Notes: generated by a model from the letters alone, not told the origin. DNA of 64,000 bases from Mobula hypostoma (GCF_963921235.1 NC_086108.1:79114001-79178000); one strand, 5' to 3'. Shown: positions 39,301 to 51,128, counted from the stretch's first letter. Numbers and translations are program-made.

Positions 39301-41452
39301 TATAATAATAATTGCACTCACTTCTCTTCCCTCACACCCTTCAACACTTGGCACACTGCTAGTGTCTTTCACAGTAAAGACTGATGCAAAATTCACATAT
39401 AGTTCATCTGCCATCTCATTGTCTGTCATTATTATTTTTCTGGCCTCATTTACTGGTAGTCCTATATCCACTCTCATCTCTCTTTTATATACTTGAAAAA
39501 GCTTTTTCTATCCACCTCAATATTGTTTGCAAGCTTGCTTTCATATTTCATCTTTTCTCTCCTAATGGTTCTTTTAGATGCTTTCTGTAGGTTTTTAAAA
39601 GCTTCCCAATCCTCTATCTTCCTGCTAATTTTTGCTTTGTTGTATACCCTCTCTTGCTTTTACATTAGTTTTGACTTCCTTTGTCAGCTATGATTGTACT
39701 AATTGCCATTTGAGTATTTCTGCATTTTTGGAATCCCTCTATCCTGCACCTCCCTCTTTTTTCCCCAGAAACCCAAGCCATTGCTGCTCTGCTGTTATCC
39801 CTGCCAGCATCTCCTTCCAGTTTATTTTGGCCAACTCCCCTCTCATACCACAGTAATTTCCTTTAATCCACTGAAATACTGCTACGTCAGACTTTAGTTT
39901 CTCCCTATCAAATTTCAAGTTCAACTCAATTGAGTTGAATCATATTGAGAACACTGTCTTGTTGGGGTTCCTTTACTTTAATTTGCTTTGGTTCATTACA
40001 GAACAGCCAATCCAGTATAGCTGATCCCCTCACAGGATCAAAGACAAAATGCCATCTGACAGGCATTCAACAAATTCACTCACTTGAGATCCATTACCAA
40101 CCTAATTTTCCCAATGGACCTGCAAATTAAAATCTCACATGACTATCATAACGTTGCCCTCTTGACACGCCTTTTTTATTTCCCGTTGTAATCTGTGGTC
40201 CACATCCCAGCTACTGTTTGGAGGCCTGTACATAACTGGCATCAGGGTATTTGCAGTTTCTTAACTCAACCCACAAGGAATCAGCATCTTCCGATCCTAT
40301 GTCATATCTTTCTACTGATTTGATTGGATTCTTTACCAGTAGAGCTACGCCACCCCCTCTGCCTACCTTCCTATCCCTCCGATACTACGTGTAACCTTGG
40401 ATATTTAGCTCCCAACTACAAGCATCCTTCAGCCACAACATCATACCTGACAATCTGTATTTGTGCAACAAGACCATCCATCTTATTTCTTATACTCTGT
40501 GCATTGAGATATGACACTTTGAGTGCTGCATTTGCTACCCTTTTTGATGCTGCATCCCTAATGTACTCACTCTGCTGGCTGCAATTTTGTCCTAGCATCT
40601 GCCTGCCCTTCCTGACAGTCTGACTGCATGCTATCTTTGCTTTTTTTACCATCCATCCTATCCTGTGTCCCTTCATTCCAGTGCTCATCCTCCTGCAGAA
40701 TTAGTTTAAACCCTCCCCAATAGCTCTAACAAATCTGTCCATGAGAATATTGGTCCCCTTGGGTTCAGGTGCAACCAGTCCCTTTTGTACAGGTCACATC
40801 TCCCTCAGAAGAGATCCCAATGAACCAAGAACCTGAATCCCTGCTCCCTGCACCAGCTTCTCAGCCATGCATTTATCTGTCAAATCATCCGGTTTCTACA
40901 CTCACTGGTGCCTGGCAGAGGTAGCAATCCTGAAGTTAGTATCCCGCAGGTCCTGCTTCTCAGCTTCCTGCCTAGCTTTCTAAATTCTCTCTTCAAGACC
41001 TCTTTGCTTTTCCTTCCTACGTCATTGGTACTAATAGGTACCAAGATATCTGACTGCTCTCCCTCTCTCTCTAAAATGTCCCTGACCTTGGCACCTGGGA
41101 GGCAACGTACCATCCAGTTGTCCCATTCACATCCACAGAATCTCCTGTCTATTCCTCTGACTATCGAGTCTCATATCACTACCACTCCCCTCTTCCCCCC
41201 TTTCTCTTCTGCACCACGTTCAGTGCCAGTGACCTGGTCTCGATTGCACCCCCCACAACAGTATCCAAAACAGTTATCTTATTATTGAGGGCAATGGCCA
41301 CAGGGGTACTCTGTGCTAAGTGCCCATTCACCTTCCCATTCCTTTTCCTGACGGTCATCTAGCTACCTGCCTCCTGCAACTTAGGGGTCACTACTTCCCT
41401 GTAACTCTGATCGATGATCTCTTCCCTCTCCCATGCAAGCTGTAGGTCATCC
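36335..41452 (-). mobile_element. Near-full-length decayed CR1 LINE (ORF1 esterase + ORF2), interrupted at 36794-38160
   Basis: ORF1 piece 40880-41113 (CLPGAKVRDI...STNDVG), endonuclease start YLNAQSIRNK (40416-40688), RT pieces 38527-39477, and tail at 36335. ATTTG on both flanks (36330-36334, 41453-41457). Confidence 0.92.
36794..38160 (-). mobile_element. Young CR1 LINE nested in the older CR1
   Basis: ORF 36947-37828 is nearly identical in protein to 32540-33679. Tail atagacaatacaatagacaata. The host reads ...ctcttTCA|TCAttcctgg across the insert. Confidence 0.95.
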
Positions 41453-42366
41453 ATTTGCAAGAGCACTGCTTACACCTGCAGTCATTGAAGAAGGATTTTC
41501 AGAATCGATTCAAGGATTTGAATAATCTGGAAGTTCCAGACTGGGTAATTAACCCATTTCTTTGCAAGGTGGAAGAACAGGAAGAGAGTTTGCAAGAAGA
41601 AATTATCGAAATTTAGAATGATGAAGAACCAAAAATGCTTTTCAAAAATGTCTGCTTTGTGGTATGTGGCTACGCTGTCAAATGAAGTTTCCTGGTCTTT
41701 GGAGAAAAGCCAAGCTGCATTTCCATCCTCCTATCTTGTTGAAAGGGGCTTCAGTGCAGTGAACCACATACTCACAAAAATCTGAAATCACTTGGACATT
41801 GTTACGCATGGGGAATTAAGGCTTTTGCTGTCACAACCTGAATCAGATATTTCAACTCTTGGTAAAAACCATCAAGCTCAAGGATCACAGTGATATCGAA
41901 GCTGCTGTACAGCGCACAGGTACTGTGTACGCTAGGTTTAAAGACAAATAAAAATTTAAAGAAACATTTTTCTCATGTTAGCATATGGTTGACAAGTTTT
42001 TACACTATGGAGGCGCCGGAAAGTATATTGTGCCTAAGAGGGTCCTTGGCAAGTATGGAAGTGATTTGGGGGAACGTTGGTAAATAAGGTTGGGAAACCC
42101 TGTGCCCTTTTTCTTCATCACAGAACCTACATTTATTATATCTTTATGTATTCATCTAATGCTCTTCAAAAAGCTGAAGCCACACATTCAGCCAGGGTAC
42201 AGCTTAGTCAAGTATGTTTCCAGGTAGTATAGTAATGATTAAAACAAAGTATGGCATATTAGTAATTCAGTATATTCATTCCATGGGTGTACAATATATA
42301 TCTTTGAAGTGACTATGCATATATTTTTTCCACTGTAAAACATCTGGTTAAATTTCTCCCTTTCAC

Positions 42367-42430
42367 AAAAGTCTCTCTAACTCACAGGATATGAAAAGTC
42401 TCTCTAACTACAGAAAAGTCTCTCTAACTA
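42367..42430. repeat. Three copies of AAAAGTCTCTCTAACT
   Basis: Exact 16-mer at 42367, 42394 and 42414. Confidence 0.9.
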
Positions 42431-44962
42431 CCCAAGGCTTTTGTTATTATTTAATTCCTACTATCCAAGTCCACATGATACTTGCATAGTGCCAGGAGCA
42501 CCATCATATTTCATATGATCACTCAAGTCCACATTCATCCTTGGAAGCTTCAGTTACACGTAGCATGAATGGAACTAAACAATATCATCTTCTCTTTTGA
42601 AGGTTGGGATGATTAATGAAAACAAAACAACAAAGTCCTTAATGAATTGCTTGTGTTGTATGCCCAGTTCTGTATTCTACTCTGTTCCAGAACTCGCTAA
42701 CGTGATTAATAATGACACAGCATATTGTGTTTCTTAACATGTTGCAGTACAGCCACGTCCTGGGTAAGCACCCAAAAAAAAGCCGAGTAAGTTCCTACTA
42801 ATGAGACCAATGACAGGGGAGGGCAATGGTGTTGCAATGTACCTTGCAATAGCTGACTGGGCACAGACCTATAATCAAAGTCACTTCCTCCCTGCAGACT
42901 CTGGACAATTACAAACAATTGTTGATTGCAGCAAATTGCAAGAAGAATCACAGCTGTTCCTGTTCTCAGATAAATGTGATTTCACATCCTTTTTTCATCT
43001 ATCCGATTTACAATCCAGCTCCTCCCGTACCCTACCCCACTTCTGTATTTTTTTAAACTCGAGTCCCAAGTGCGTCTGGGTCCTGGGTCTCTCTGCACAT
43101 GGCTGCCAGTGAAAATGTGTCAAGAGAAGGACAAGGAATTGAAACTGTAATACAAATACAGTATTTTAATGATGTCACCTGACTGAAACTTTCAGTGAGA
43201 AACAAAGTCAGCCATTTTGGATTTAAGTGGGAAACAACAGCTATAAATCTGTAGCTGCCATTGTGATTTCCTCTTCCAGTATTGCTCATGAGCTTCCTTT
43301 TAATCAAGATGGTTTTATAAACTTTGAGAGAAATGATTGTGAAATATATAACCATTATCTGAGGTTCTGAGTCAGATTAATAGTAACTCACCATGTATAT
43401 ATCTAGCATTTTCTGTGCTGTTTTTTAGTGTTGTTTTCTTTGGTTTTGTATTTATGGAGCAGGCTGTTACTCATGGCAGTGCTGCGAATAGTGTAGTAAC
43501 ACTGCAAGATTAACATTTGCAATATTGATGCAAAGTGATCCACACATATTATGTGGACAGTCATAATTCCAGTGTACAGCAACTCAATATTTGAATAAAC
43601 ATACGCACTCCAGATAGAGAGAGTGTGTTTTGTGAGAACCATGTAGGGCCGTCTTTTAACCCTGCATAACCTTATTAGTATCCTTATTATTTTATACAAG
43701 AGAAGGAAGTGTGAGTTATTAAAAAATACAAAAAATGATTATTTTTTCTTTTCCCTACTGCATTTGATAATGCACAAAACAGTCTCTTTATAATATGGCA
43801 TACATTACTTATCTGCAAATTGATTTCAGAATGTATATCATTAGTATTTCTTATTTGTTAGGGAATGTCTTATTTGTTGTCAAAATTGTTATAGCAACAG
43901 ACCTATTCAAATGTGACACTAGGTGTCTTGGTATGTATTAGTGCAACAAACCTTTTATGAAAGCTAGTAATTTTGAATTAATTTTAAACATTGCAAACCC
44001 ATAAAAGTTTTAATAATTACTTTCTTGTCTATCTCCAGTTGAAATTCAGTTCAGCTGACGAGAATGAGGTCCCCTCATCCAATTTTCTGAGGAGTAATTC
44101 AACTCTATCCATCTCGTTAATACACTGCGCCTTAGAGTGGAGTCTCCAGTCTCCCCATGACAGGAGCTTGGCAGTGTGTGAAGAACTCAGCCCACTCTGC
44201 AGGGGCCCTGTGTCAGGAGGAAGGCCTCATTAACTGCCTTGCACCTCAAGGGCACCAGCTAACCTTTTCAGCCATCAATAAGGGTTTTATCTTTCGCCTT
44301 CGTCAGGTGCATTAGTTGGGCCAAACCATGCAATGTGTTTTCATTAGACCAGGGTTATTTATCAAATGGGAGCAGCTTTGATGATTAATTCATCTTAGAT
44401 TCAGATGGCTCCGTTTTTTTATACTTCAGAAGGGTGCATTCATTAGTGGACCAATTATAGATTTCCACAATTGATTCCAATCTCATCTTTTAAATAAGAA
44501 TGGCTGTGAAAAAAATTCAGACAGTCATTGTTTTTAAAAGAAAACAGGAAAAATACATTCATTGTAATGCATTTGATCATTGCTGGTATTTTAGGGACCA
44601 TAAATATATGTCTATTTATTTTTTTTTAACCTTCTCATTTCCACACCAAATAACTGTGTCATTCTTGTCAAAAATTAAAACTGACTACTCAGAATTAATT
44701 TTAATTTTAAGGTTCCAGCATTTGAAATGCTTCCTTGAATACAGTCTGTTTGCAGTATCAGGTAAAAGGCTGGTTTTAGGCCTTTTATGTTTGTAGGGAG
44801 TAGAGATTCTGCCAATTGGTCAAATAATCCACTATAACTAGAGGCTTCACTTAGTGAACTAATTGGCAAATGAAATGATTTGGAGGAAGGTTAGGAAATA
44901 AAGAAAATACACTAATGACAAAATTGGCATGGTTTAAAAACAAAACATGCTCATGTTTCTTA

Positions 44963-45669
44963 AGGCTGATTTATACTTGTGTGTACTAGTTTACGCTGTA
45001 GCCTACGCAAGTGGGCTACGCCGTTGTGAGCATTTATACTTGTGCGTTGGTGTGTCTGCGTCACTCTGCAATTCACCACCAAAACGCTAGTTGGTGGTGG
45101 GGTTTCTATGCCACTGAACTCAAACTTCAAACAATGGCGACTGAAACTGAAGGAGGGTGAATTTTCTGTGCTTGTCCGGCCACTGAGAAACATGGACGAG
45201 GAAATGCATTTCAAATATTTTCAGATGTCGGCAGGTAGATTTGATGATTTGGTTCATCGTCTCCAACCATTTATTTCGCATCAGTGTACGCACAGTACAC
45301 TCAGAGACTGGCAATCACCATTCGAGTTTTAGCTTCAGGTGAAAGTCAACATGCTGTAGCAGCTAGCTACAAACTGGCATCAAGCACAGGGTCCTCCATA
45401 ATTTCGGAGGTCTGTAAAGCTTTATGGAAAGCATTGCAGCCAGAGTTCCTTCCCTGCCTTTCAGTCGCCCAATGGGAAGCTATTGCAGCGTAGCAGGAAA
45501 TGCGATGCTACCAAGTGGACCAATCACAGTTGTTGCGGTCTGCGTCACCGTGACACGTAGTTACATTTTTGGGGAGGTGTGCGCCAGGCTACGGCGTAGG
45601 GTATGGTGTAGGGTACGCGGCTAAGCCGTACCTACGGCGTCGATTTGACGCACAAGTATAAATTGGCCT
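44963..45669 (+). mobile_element. PIF/Harbinger non-autonomous deletion derivative
   Basis: TIRs AGGCTGATTTATACTTGTGTGT / ACGCACAAGTATAAATTGGCCT. TTA on both sides (44960-44962, 45670-45672). Internal [15 protein letters not shown] and [15 protein letters not shown]...[13 protein letters not shown] match the N-terminal part of Harbinger transposases. No DDE core remains. Confidence 0.92.
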
Positions 45670-45742
45670 TTAGAAAGAACTTGACCTGAAGGACATGACC
45701 TTTGTAATAGAGCAAGTGTATCACATGATACAGTAGAACAAT

Positions 45743-46035
45743 CACGGTAGCGTAGCAGTTAGCGTGACGCTCTTGCAGCTCAGGGCTTTCCGTAGTTTGG
45801 AGTTCATTTCCGGTGCAGTTCTGCAAAGGATCTCTGTACATCCTTCCCATGGAATGCATGAGTTTTCCACGAGTGCTTCGGTTTCCTCCCACAGTCCAAA
45901 GACCTATCAGATAGGTAAATTGGTCATTGTAAATTGACCCGAGGTTAGGTTAGGGTTAATCTGCGATTCTGGGGCGGCGTGGCTCGGAGGGCCGGAAGGG
46001 CCGTCTCTGCGCAGTATCAAACAATAAACAAATAA
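45743..46035 (+). mobile_element. tRNA-derived SINE (V-SINE/HE1-like)
   Basis: A-box-like GTAGCGTAGCAGTTAGCG, B-box-like GAGTTCATTTCC, central GGTTTCCTCCCACAGTCCAAAGAC, and an A-rich (aataaac)n tail. Confidence 0.8.
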
Positions 46036-47427
46036 ACAGTTGAACTTATGTTCATCCGCGGTGTACAATCCTAAACAGCATTTACTGATTTCTATATAAA
46101 TGCAGTGGAATAAAATGGAAACATTTGGATTTTTGAAATAAAATAAAAATTTCCCCAATTTGATTTGTATTTCTTTGTAACTCCAAGTGAAAACAAATTT
46201 ATGTAATGCGATTCCAGTTCCCCATGTGGAAATGCACTCAGTCTTGAAAAGTAGGTGTGAATTTGACATCTCAGTCCGGACTAGTTATCAAGTTAAATGA
46301 GTAACTCACAGTAGTGGATTTTAGGGCCCTTTTCGTTAGCTGGTGCAGACATGAGCTGCTCGTAAATTTCTGCTCTTTGCCGGACCCACTTCCTCTTTCT
46401 GGTTATATTTCTCAGTCAAACATTCACTCCCATATTTAGCAAAGCGGCAATGAGTTGGACTAATTATATGTACTTAAGTAAACAATACCCAGTTTCAGGT
46501 AGAAAGAAGATGTTCACTCTTTCTTTTAAACAGAAAGCTTCAACTCGAAAGAAATCTTTGCAATTTTTTTAATCATGGTTACTTGAACAGAATCGGATGA
46601 TGACTGTCAATCAAACAATTGTAGACCTGAGGTTAGTAAAATAATGCTTAATTCATGAATTAAAAAGAAAGATGCTCTGTTTGCATCTCATCATCATAGG
46701 CAGAGAAAAATGACTGCTTTGTAAATAGAATTTCAAGGTTATTGAAGAAGCTTTTCTGACTTGGAAACTAGATTACGAGTTGGAAAATGAGTTATAAATT
46801 TCATGCATTCATTCACGCGGATGGCACAGCATCACAAGAACCCCACTGCTCAAACATAATGCCACTTATTGGAGCATGAAACATTATTGCTGCTAAATAA
46901 ATAATCCAGGTGATATATTTTATGATAAGCAAAATAAACTTTATTGAAAAGTAAATAAATAATACAGAAATGTACAAGCTAATATATTTTAAAAGATACA
47001 TCAGGCTGTATAATATTTAACATTAATGTGACCTTGCACTGTGAAGAGCAATTCTTCTTCCCTCTGCGTGAGTTGTTAATGCTTGGGTAGAAAGATAACT
47101 TAATGTAGTAATAAATAAGTGGTTTATTGGTGTGTGATGTAGAATTGCAGGTGGAGAATCTGTAAAGTGAAAGAAGTGCGCTGAGTGTTTCAATCTCATG
47201 TTCAGTAGCACTGTAAAAGAGAAAAGCACGTTTGTCAGGAGGTGGTGTTTGGGGTAGTTGATGCCACATGAAGAGTTCCCAGATGATCCGGGCACAATCG
47301 TAATAAGTCAGTGATAGTTTTGACGCTTTTAGATGGTTTTATGCCACGTGGTTCATTAGCACAACTTGTCCCGAGAGTTATAGTGGCATAGGCGCATGCA
47401 ACAGGCATGAATGTTTGAGTGGTGTGG

Positions 47428-48176
47428 CACAGTAAATTCCTCAATGCTGTCATTCCGGAGGATCTGTCCTGGGCCCAGCACGTAAGCACAATTATGAAGA
47501 AAGCACGGCAGTGTCTCTATTTCCTTAGGAGTTTGTGAAGATTCAGTGTGACATCTAACACTTTGACAATCTTCTGTAGAAATGTGGTGGAGAGTACATT
47601 GACTGGGTGCATCGCAGTCTGGTATAGAATCACTAATGCCCCTGAACAGAAAATCCGACAAGAGGTAGTGGATACAGCCCAGTCCATCATGGGTAAAGAC
47701 CTCCCCACCACTGAGCACATCTACGTGAAGCACTGTCGCAGGAGAGCAGCATCCATCATCGGTCATGCTCTCTACTCACTGCTGCCATCGGAAAGAAGAT
47801 ACAGGAGCCTCAGGTCTTATACCACCAGGTTCAGGAACAGTTATTACCCCTTAACCATCAGGCTCTTGAACCAGAGGGAATAACTTCATTCAACTTCACC
47901 TGACCCATCACTGAAATATTTCCACAACCACTAGACTCACTTTCAAGGACTCCTCATTTCATGTTCTCTATTTGTTGCTTATTTATTTCTTCTTCTTATT
48001 TCTTTCTTTTTGTACTTGCACAGTTTGTTGTCTTTTGCACACTGGTTGAATGCCCGAGTTGGTGGGGTCTTTCATCGATTCTACTACAGCTCTATTGAGT
48101 ATGCCTGCAAGAAAATGAATCTCTGGGTTGTAAATGGTGACACATATGTACTTTGATAATAAATTTACTTTGAGTT
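47428..48176 (+). mobile_element. Rex1/Babar-like LINE 3' fragment
   Basis: KFL...EDLSWAQHVSTIMKKARQCLYFLRSL, VESTLTGCIAVWY and TTRFRNSYYP. Tail aataaatttactttga. Confidence 0.8.
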
Positions 48177-48179
48177 TTT

Positions 48180-48420
48180 AACAGTAATGTAGCAATTAGT
48201 GTAATGCTATTTCAGCGCGAGTGATCCAGGTTCAAGTCTCACGACTGTCAGTAAGAACCTTGTATGTTTTCTGCATGAACGCGCGAGTTTCATCTGGGTG
48301 CTGCTGTTTCCTCCCATATTTCAAAGCTGTACTGGTTAGATGGTTATCTTGTCTCTTGTGTGTAAATGGGAGGGCCCAGAAGGGCCTGTTACTATGCTGT
48401 ATCTCTATAAAAAATAAGAT
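48180..48420 (+). mobile_element. Degenerate tRNA-derived SINE
   Basis: gtaatgtagcaattagtg...ggttcaagtctc...tttcctcccatatttcaaag...gggcccagaagggcctgtt; similar to 45743-46035. Confidence 0.7.
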
Positions 48421-48721
48421 ACAAATAAACCAAACTTCTGGATGCCAGGGTTTGCACACAGCCCAACACTAACACGTTGCATCCTCTAGCCTTTCAATTA
48501 GTGTGATTCATTGTTTCCTAAACTAACTTTCCTTCTACAAGACTCCAAATATACAAAATCCTACGAGTTCTTTCAATGCCCTATTTCAATGGAGTTTTGA
48601 AACCTTAGCTCGTTGCAGTATAATTCACTCAGATGCACTCATTTCTGGAAGCTTAAAGTTGTGAAGTTCCTTTCATTTTGATTTCTCACGAAGTTTTGAA
48701 ACCCATTCCACTCAACAACTA

Positions 48722-49240
48722 CAAAAAAATCTGCAGATCCGGGAAATGCGAGCAACATACACAACATGCTGGAGGAACTCACCAGGCCAGGCAGCATCTA
48801 TGGAAAAGAGCGAACAGTCAATGTTTTGGGCCGAGACCCTTCATCAGGACTGAGGAAAAAAGATGAGAAGTCAGAGTAAGAAGGTGGGGTGAGGGGAGGA
48901 AGAAGTACAAGGTGGTAGGTGATAGGTGAAACTGGGAGGGGGGAGGGTTTGAAGTAAAGAGCTGGGAAGTTTATTGGTGAAAAACATAAAGGGCTGTAGG
49001 AGGGGGAATCTGATAGGAGTGGGAATCTGATAGGAGTGGGTAGAAGACCATGCAACAAAGGAGGAGCACCAGAGGGAGGCAATGGGCAGCTAAGGAGATA
49101 AAGTGAGAGAGGGAAACAGGAATGGTGAATGGTGAAAGCGGGGCAAATACGAAAAGTTTGAGAAATTGATGTTCATGCCTTTAGTTTAGAGGCTACCCAG
49201 ACAGAATATAAGCTATTGCTCCTCCAACCTGAGTGTGGTC
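48722..49240 (-). mobile_element. Penelope-like element 3' end (ORF C-terminus + terminal repeat)
   Basis: The minus strand of ~49150-49240 translates TTLRLEEQ*LIFCLGSL*TKGMNINFSNF, resembling the end of the PLE GIY-YIG domain (E..LI..L....P.G.N). A pyrimidine-rich UTR and the hammerhead-bearing repeat follow. Confidence 0.82.
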
Positions 49241-49903
49241 GCAGTCAATAACTGATCATTGCTTTATGTGTTATCTCTCACCTCAGTGCAGTGTCTGTTT
49301 CTGTTGGTCTTAGTCCAAAGTGTTTTACTTCAATGATGTTGTATTTGAAATAGATGTTAATGAATAATAAAAGCTTCAGCATTTATCCCAGAGATAGAGG
49401 AGTGGATCCTTGAGCCCTCATGCTACTCTGCCATTGGCAAAAATCATGACTGATCTTTTACTTTAGTACCAGTTCTATGTGCTAACCTGATATCCCTTAA
49501 ATCCTTTAATATCTAAGAGCCTGTGATCAAATAGTACTCTTTCAACAACGGACTGGGAGAAAGAGCCTTCCTCATTGTGAATGATGTCTCAGACATGTGC
49601 TTACCATCAAAGACATGGCTGGCAACACTCTGGGTAGCATTCTTGATCCCTAACATCACTTTGTCATTTAAAGCCATGGATTGATCTGCTATCACTACAT
49701 TCAAGACTCATTTGCTGCAGCATTTAATAGAGCAAGCCAATTTGGAGGTCAATGATGAGAACAAGTGTATCATTCATGAAATTTTCTCAGAAGTACAATA
49801 TCAAGATAGCCATAACTACTGCAATACTCTCTGTGATGACATAACCCACACAATAATTGAATGGTGCATGGAGGAAATTATGGGCAAAGTGTATGTACAA
49901 CTT

Positions 49904-50095
49904 AAACATGAGGAATTCTGCAGATGCTGGAAATTCAAGCAACACACATCAAAGTTGCTGGTGAACGCAGCAGGCCAGGCAGCATCTCTAGGAAGAGGTA
50001 CAGTCGACGTTTCGGGCCGAGACCCTTCGTCAGGAGATGCTTGTCCTAGAGATGCTGCCTGGCCTGCTGCGTTCACCAGCAACTTTGATGTGTGT
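49904..50095. mobile_element. Fold-back Penelope-derived insert with perfect 54-bp arms
   Basis: 49940-49993 is the exact reverse complement of 50044-50097. TGTATGTACAACTT is duplicated at 49890-49903 and 50096-50109. Confidence 0.9.
50001..50035 (-). ncRNA. Minimal type I hammerhead ribozyme motif (core intact, helix I shortened)
   Basis: The minus strand reads uc CUGACGA A GGGU-CUCG-GCCC GAAA C GUC gacug: CUGANGA box, helix II, GAAA box, self-complementary ACGU helix III and GUC cleavage triplet. Confidence 0.75.
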
Positions 50096-51128
50096 TGTAT
50101 GTACAACTTGCATGTTTTTGAACTTGAACAATCCCCCATTATCAATTTGAAAGAAGTTGACCAAAATGATATGCAGCAGTTATTGAAATTTCTTGCTAAA
50201 GTGTCTTTTAGGGTTTGAACAAAAGAGGTCAGAAGAGGAAAGGAAGCCACTAAGATAGTGCCATCTCTACAAGAACAACTCAACGCGAGGACCTTTTTGG
50301 TGGCATTGTACCGTATCAAGAATGCACTTCACCTTCAAAAAAAAACCAGTGCTATGTGGATTGCAGCATTTAATGAAAACATCATGCTTTGTTCTAAGAA
50401 GCTTTATAGGATGAAAAAGCCATACAGCTTTCCAACTACAACTTCTTAAGCCTCATTTACCAGCCACCAACAAGAAGAACCATCTTGATCTATTTCATCA
50501 AACCCTTCTTCTAGCTTGACAATGTTTTCTAGGAGATTCATTGTGGCATGGGTTACATCACTGCGAGAGGATGATGTAGTTATGGCTATCTTGATATGGT
50601 ACTCTTGGAAAATAGTCCATTTGTTTCTGTCTTTCATCTCTGAAATAACTTGCTTTATTGAATGCCTTGAATAAAGCGATAGCAGACCAATTCACGAGTT
50701 GGAAAAGACAAAGTGATGTTAAAGGTCAAGAATGCTTGTCAGAATGTTGCCTGCCATGTCTTTGATTGCTCTTCCTGAACTACTGCACTGAAGAAGCTCC
50801 CATGGTGCTTTTAAGTTTAGGAGATCCTGGTTTTTATTCAATGGCAATTGAGGGATGCCAATAAATTTCCAAGATTAGGGTGGAGTTTAAATTGGCAGTG
50901 GTGACGTCTTATGTACTAGCTGCCCTTGTCCACATGATAGCACACAATGGTTCTCAGTCAGATGTTTACCTAACCAGAGTTATTAATTCTTTAACACACA
51001 AATTCCTTTCATTGGATGTCAGTATATTTACATAATGCTTTGTTTAGGACCTGATCATTGTTTAGTTGTAGGCTCCATCTTCTTCAACAAAATTTCACAG
51101 CAGGAAGCTCAGAAAAATGAGAAATGTA

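Larger units (their letters stand above)
34700..42102 (+). mobile_element. hAT (Buster/Charlie-type) transposon fossil; transposase pieces ~34740-34776, 34953-35170, 35290-36334, 41453-41893
   Basis: TYLEYGFI...PICLICNNVLSNEAMKPSRLPEHF (BED-type finger), SIPLRNNPVASRIDEMS, QLDEST, DGAPYMTG, CVIHRQHL, LLHTEV, and FPSSYLVERGFS (dimerisation motif). Right TIR-like AGGTTGGGAAACCCTG at 42087-42102. Left TIR not found. Confidence 0.9.
49560..50450 (+). mobile_element. pogo/Tigger-type DDE transposase fossil, interrupted at 49904-50095
   Basis: AFLIVND..., VAFLIPNITLSFKAMD*SAITTFKTHL (cf. FLPPNTTSLIQPMDQGVIATFKA) and LNGAWRKLW (cf. Tigger NGxWxKL), in the expected order. Boundaries and TIRs not resolved. 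Confidence 0.65.

Noticed and set aside
45743..45815. Possible tRNA gene
   Set aside because: tRNA-like boxes continue into a SINE body and tail, with no cloverleaf or terminator.
49712..50319. Overlapping sense/antisense ORFs sharing HTSKLLVNAAGQAASLG
   Set aside because: Artefact of the perfect inverted repeat in the Penelope insert.
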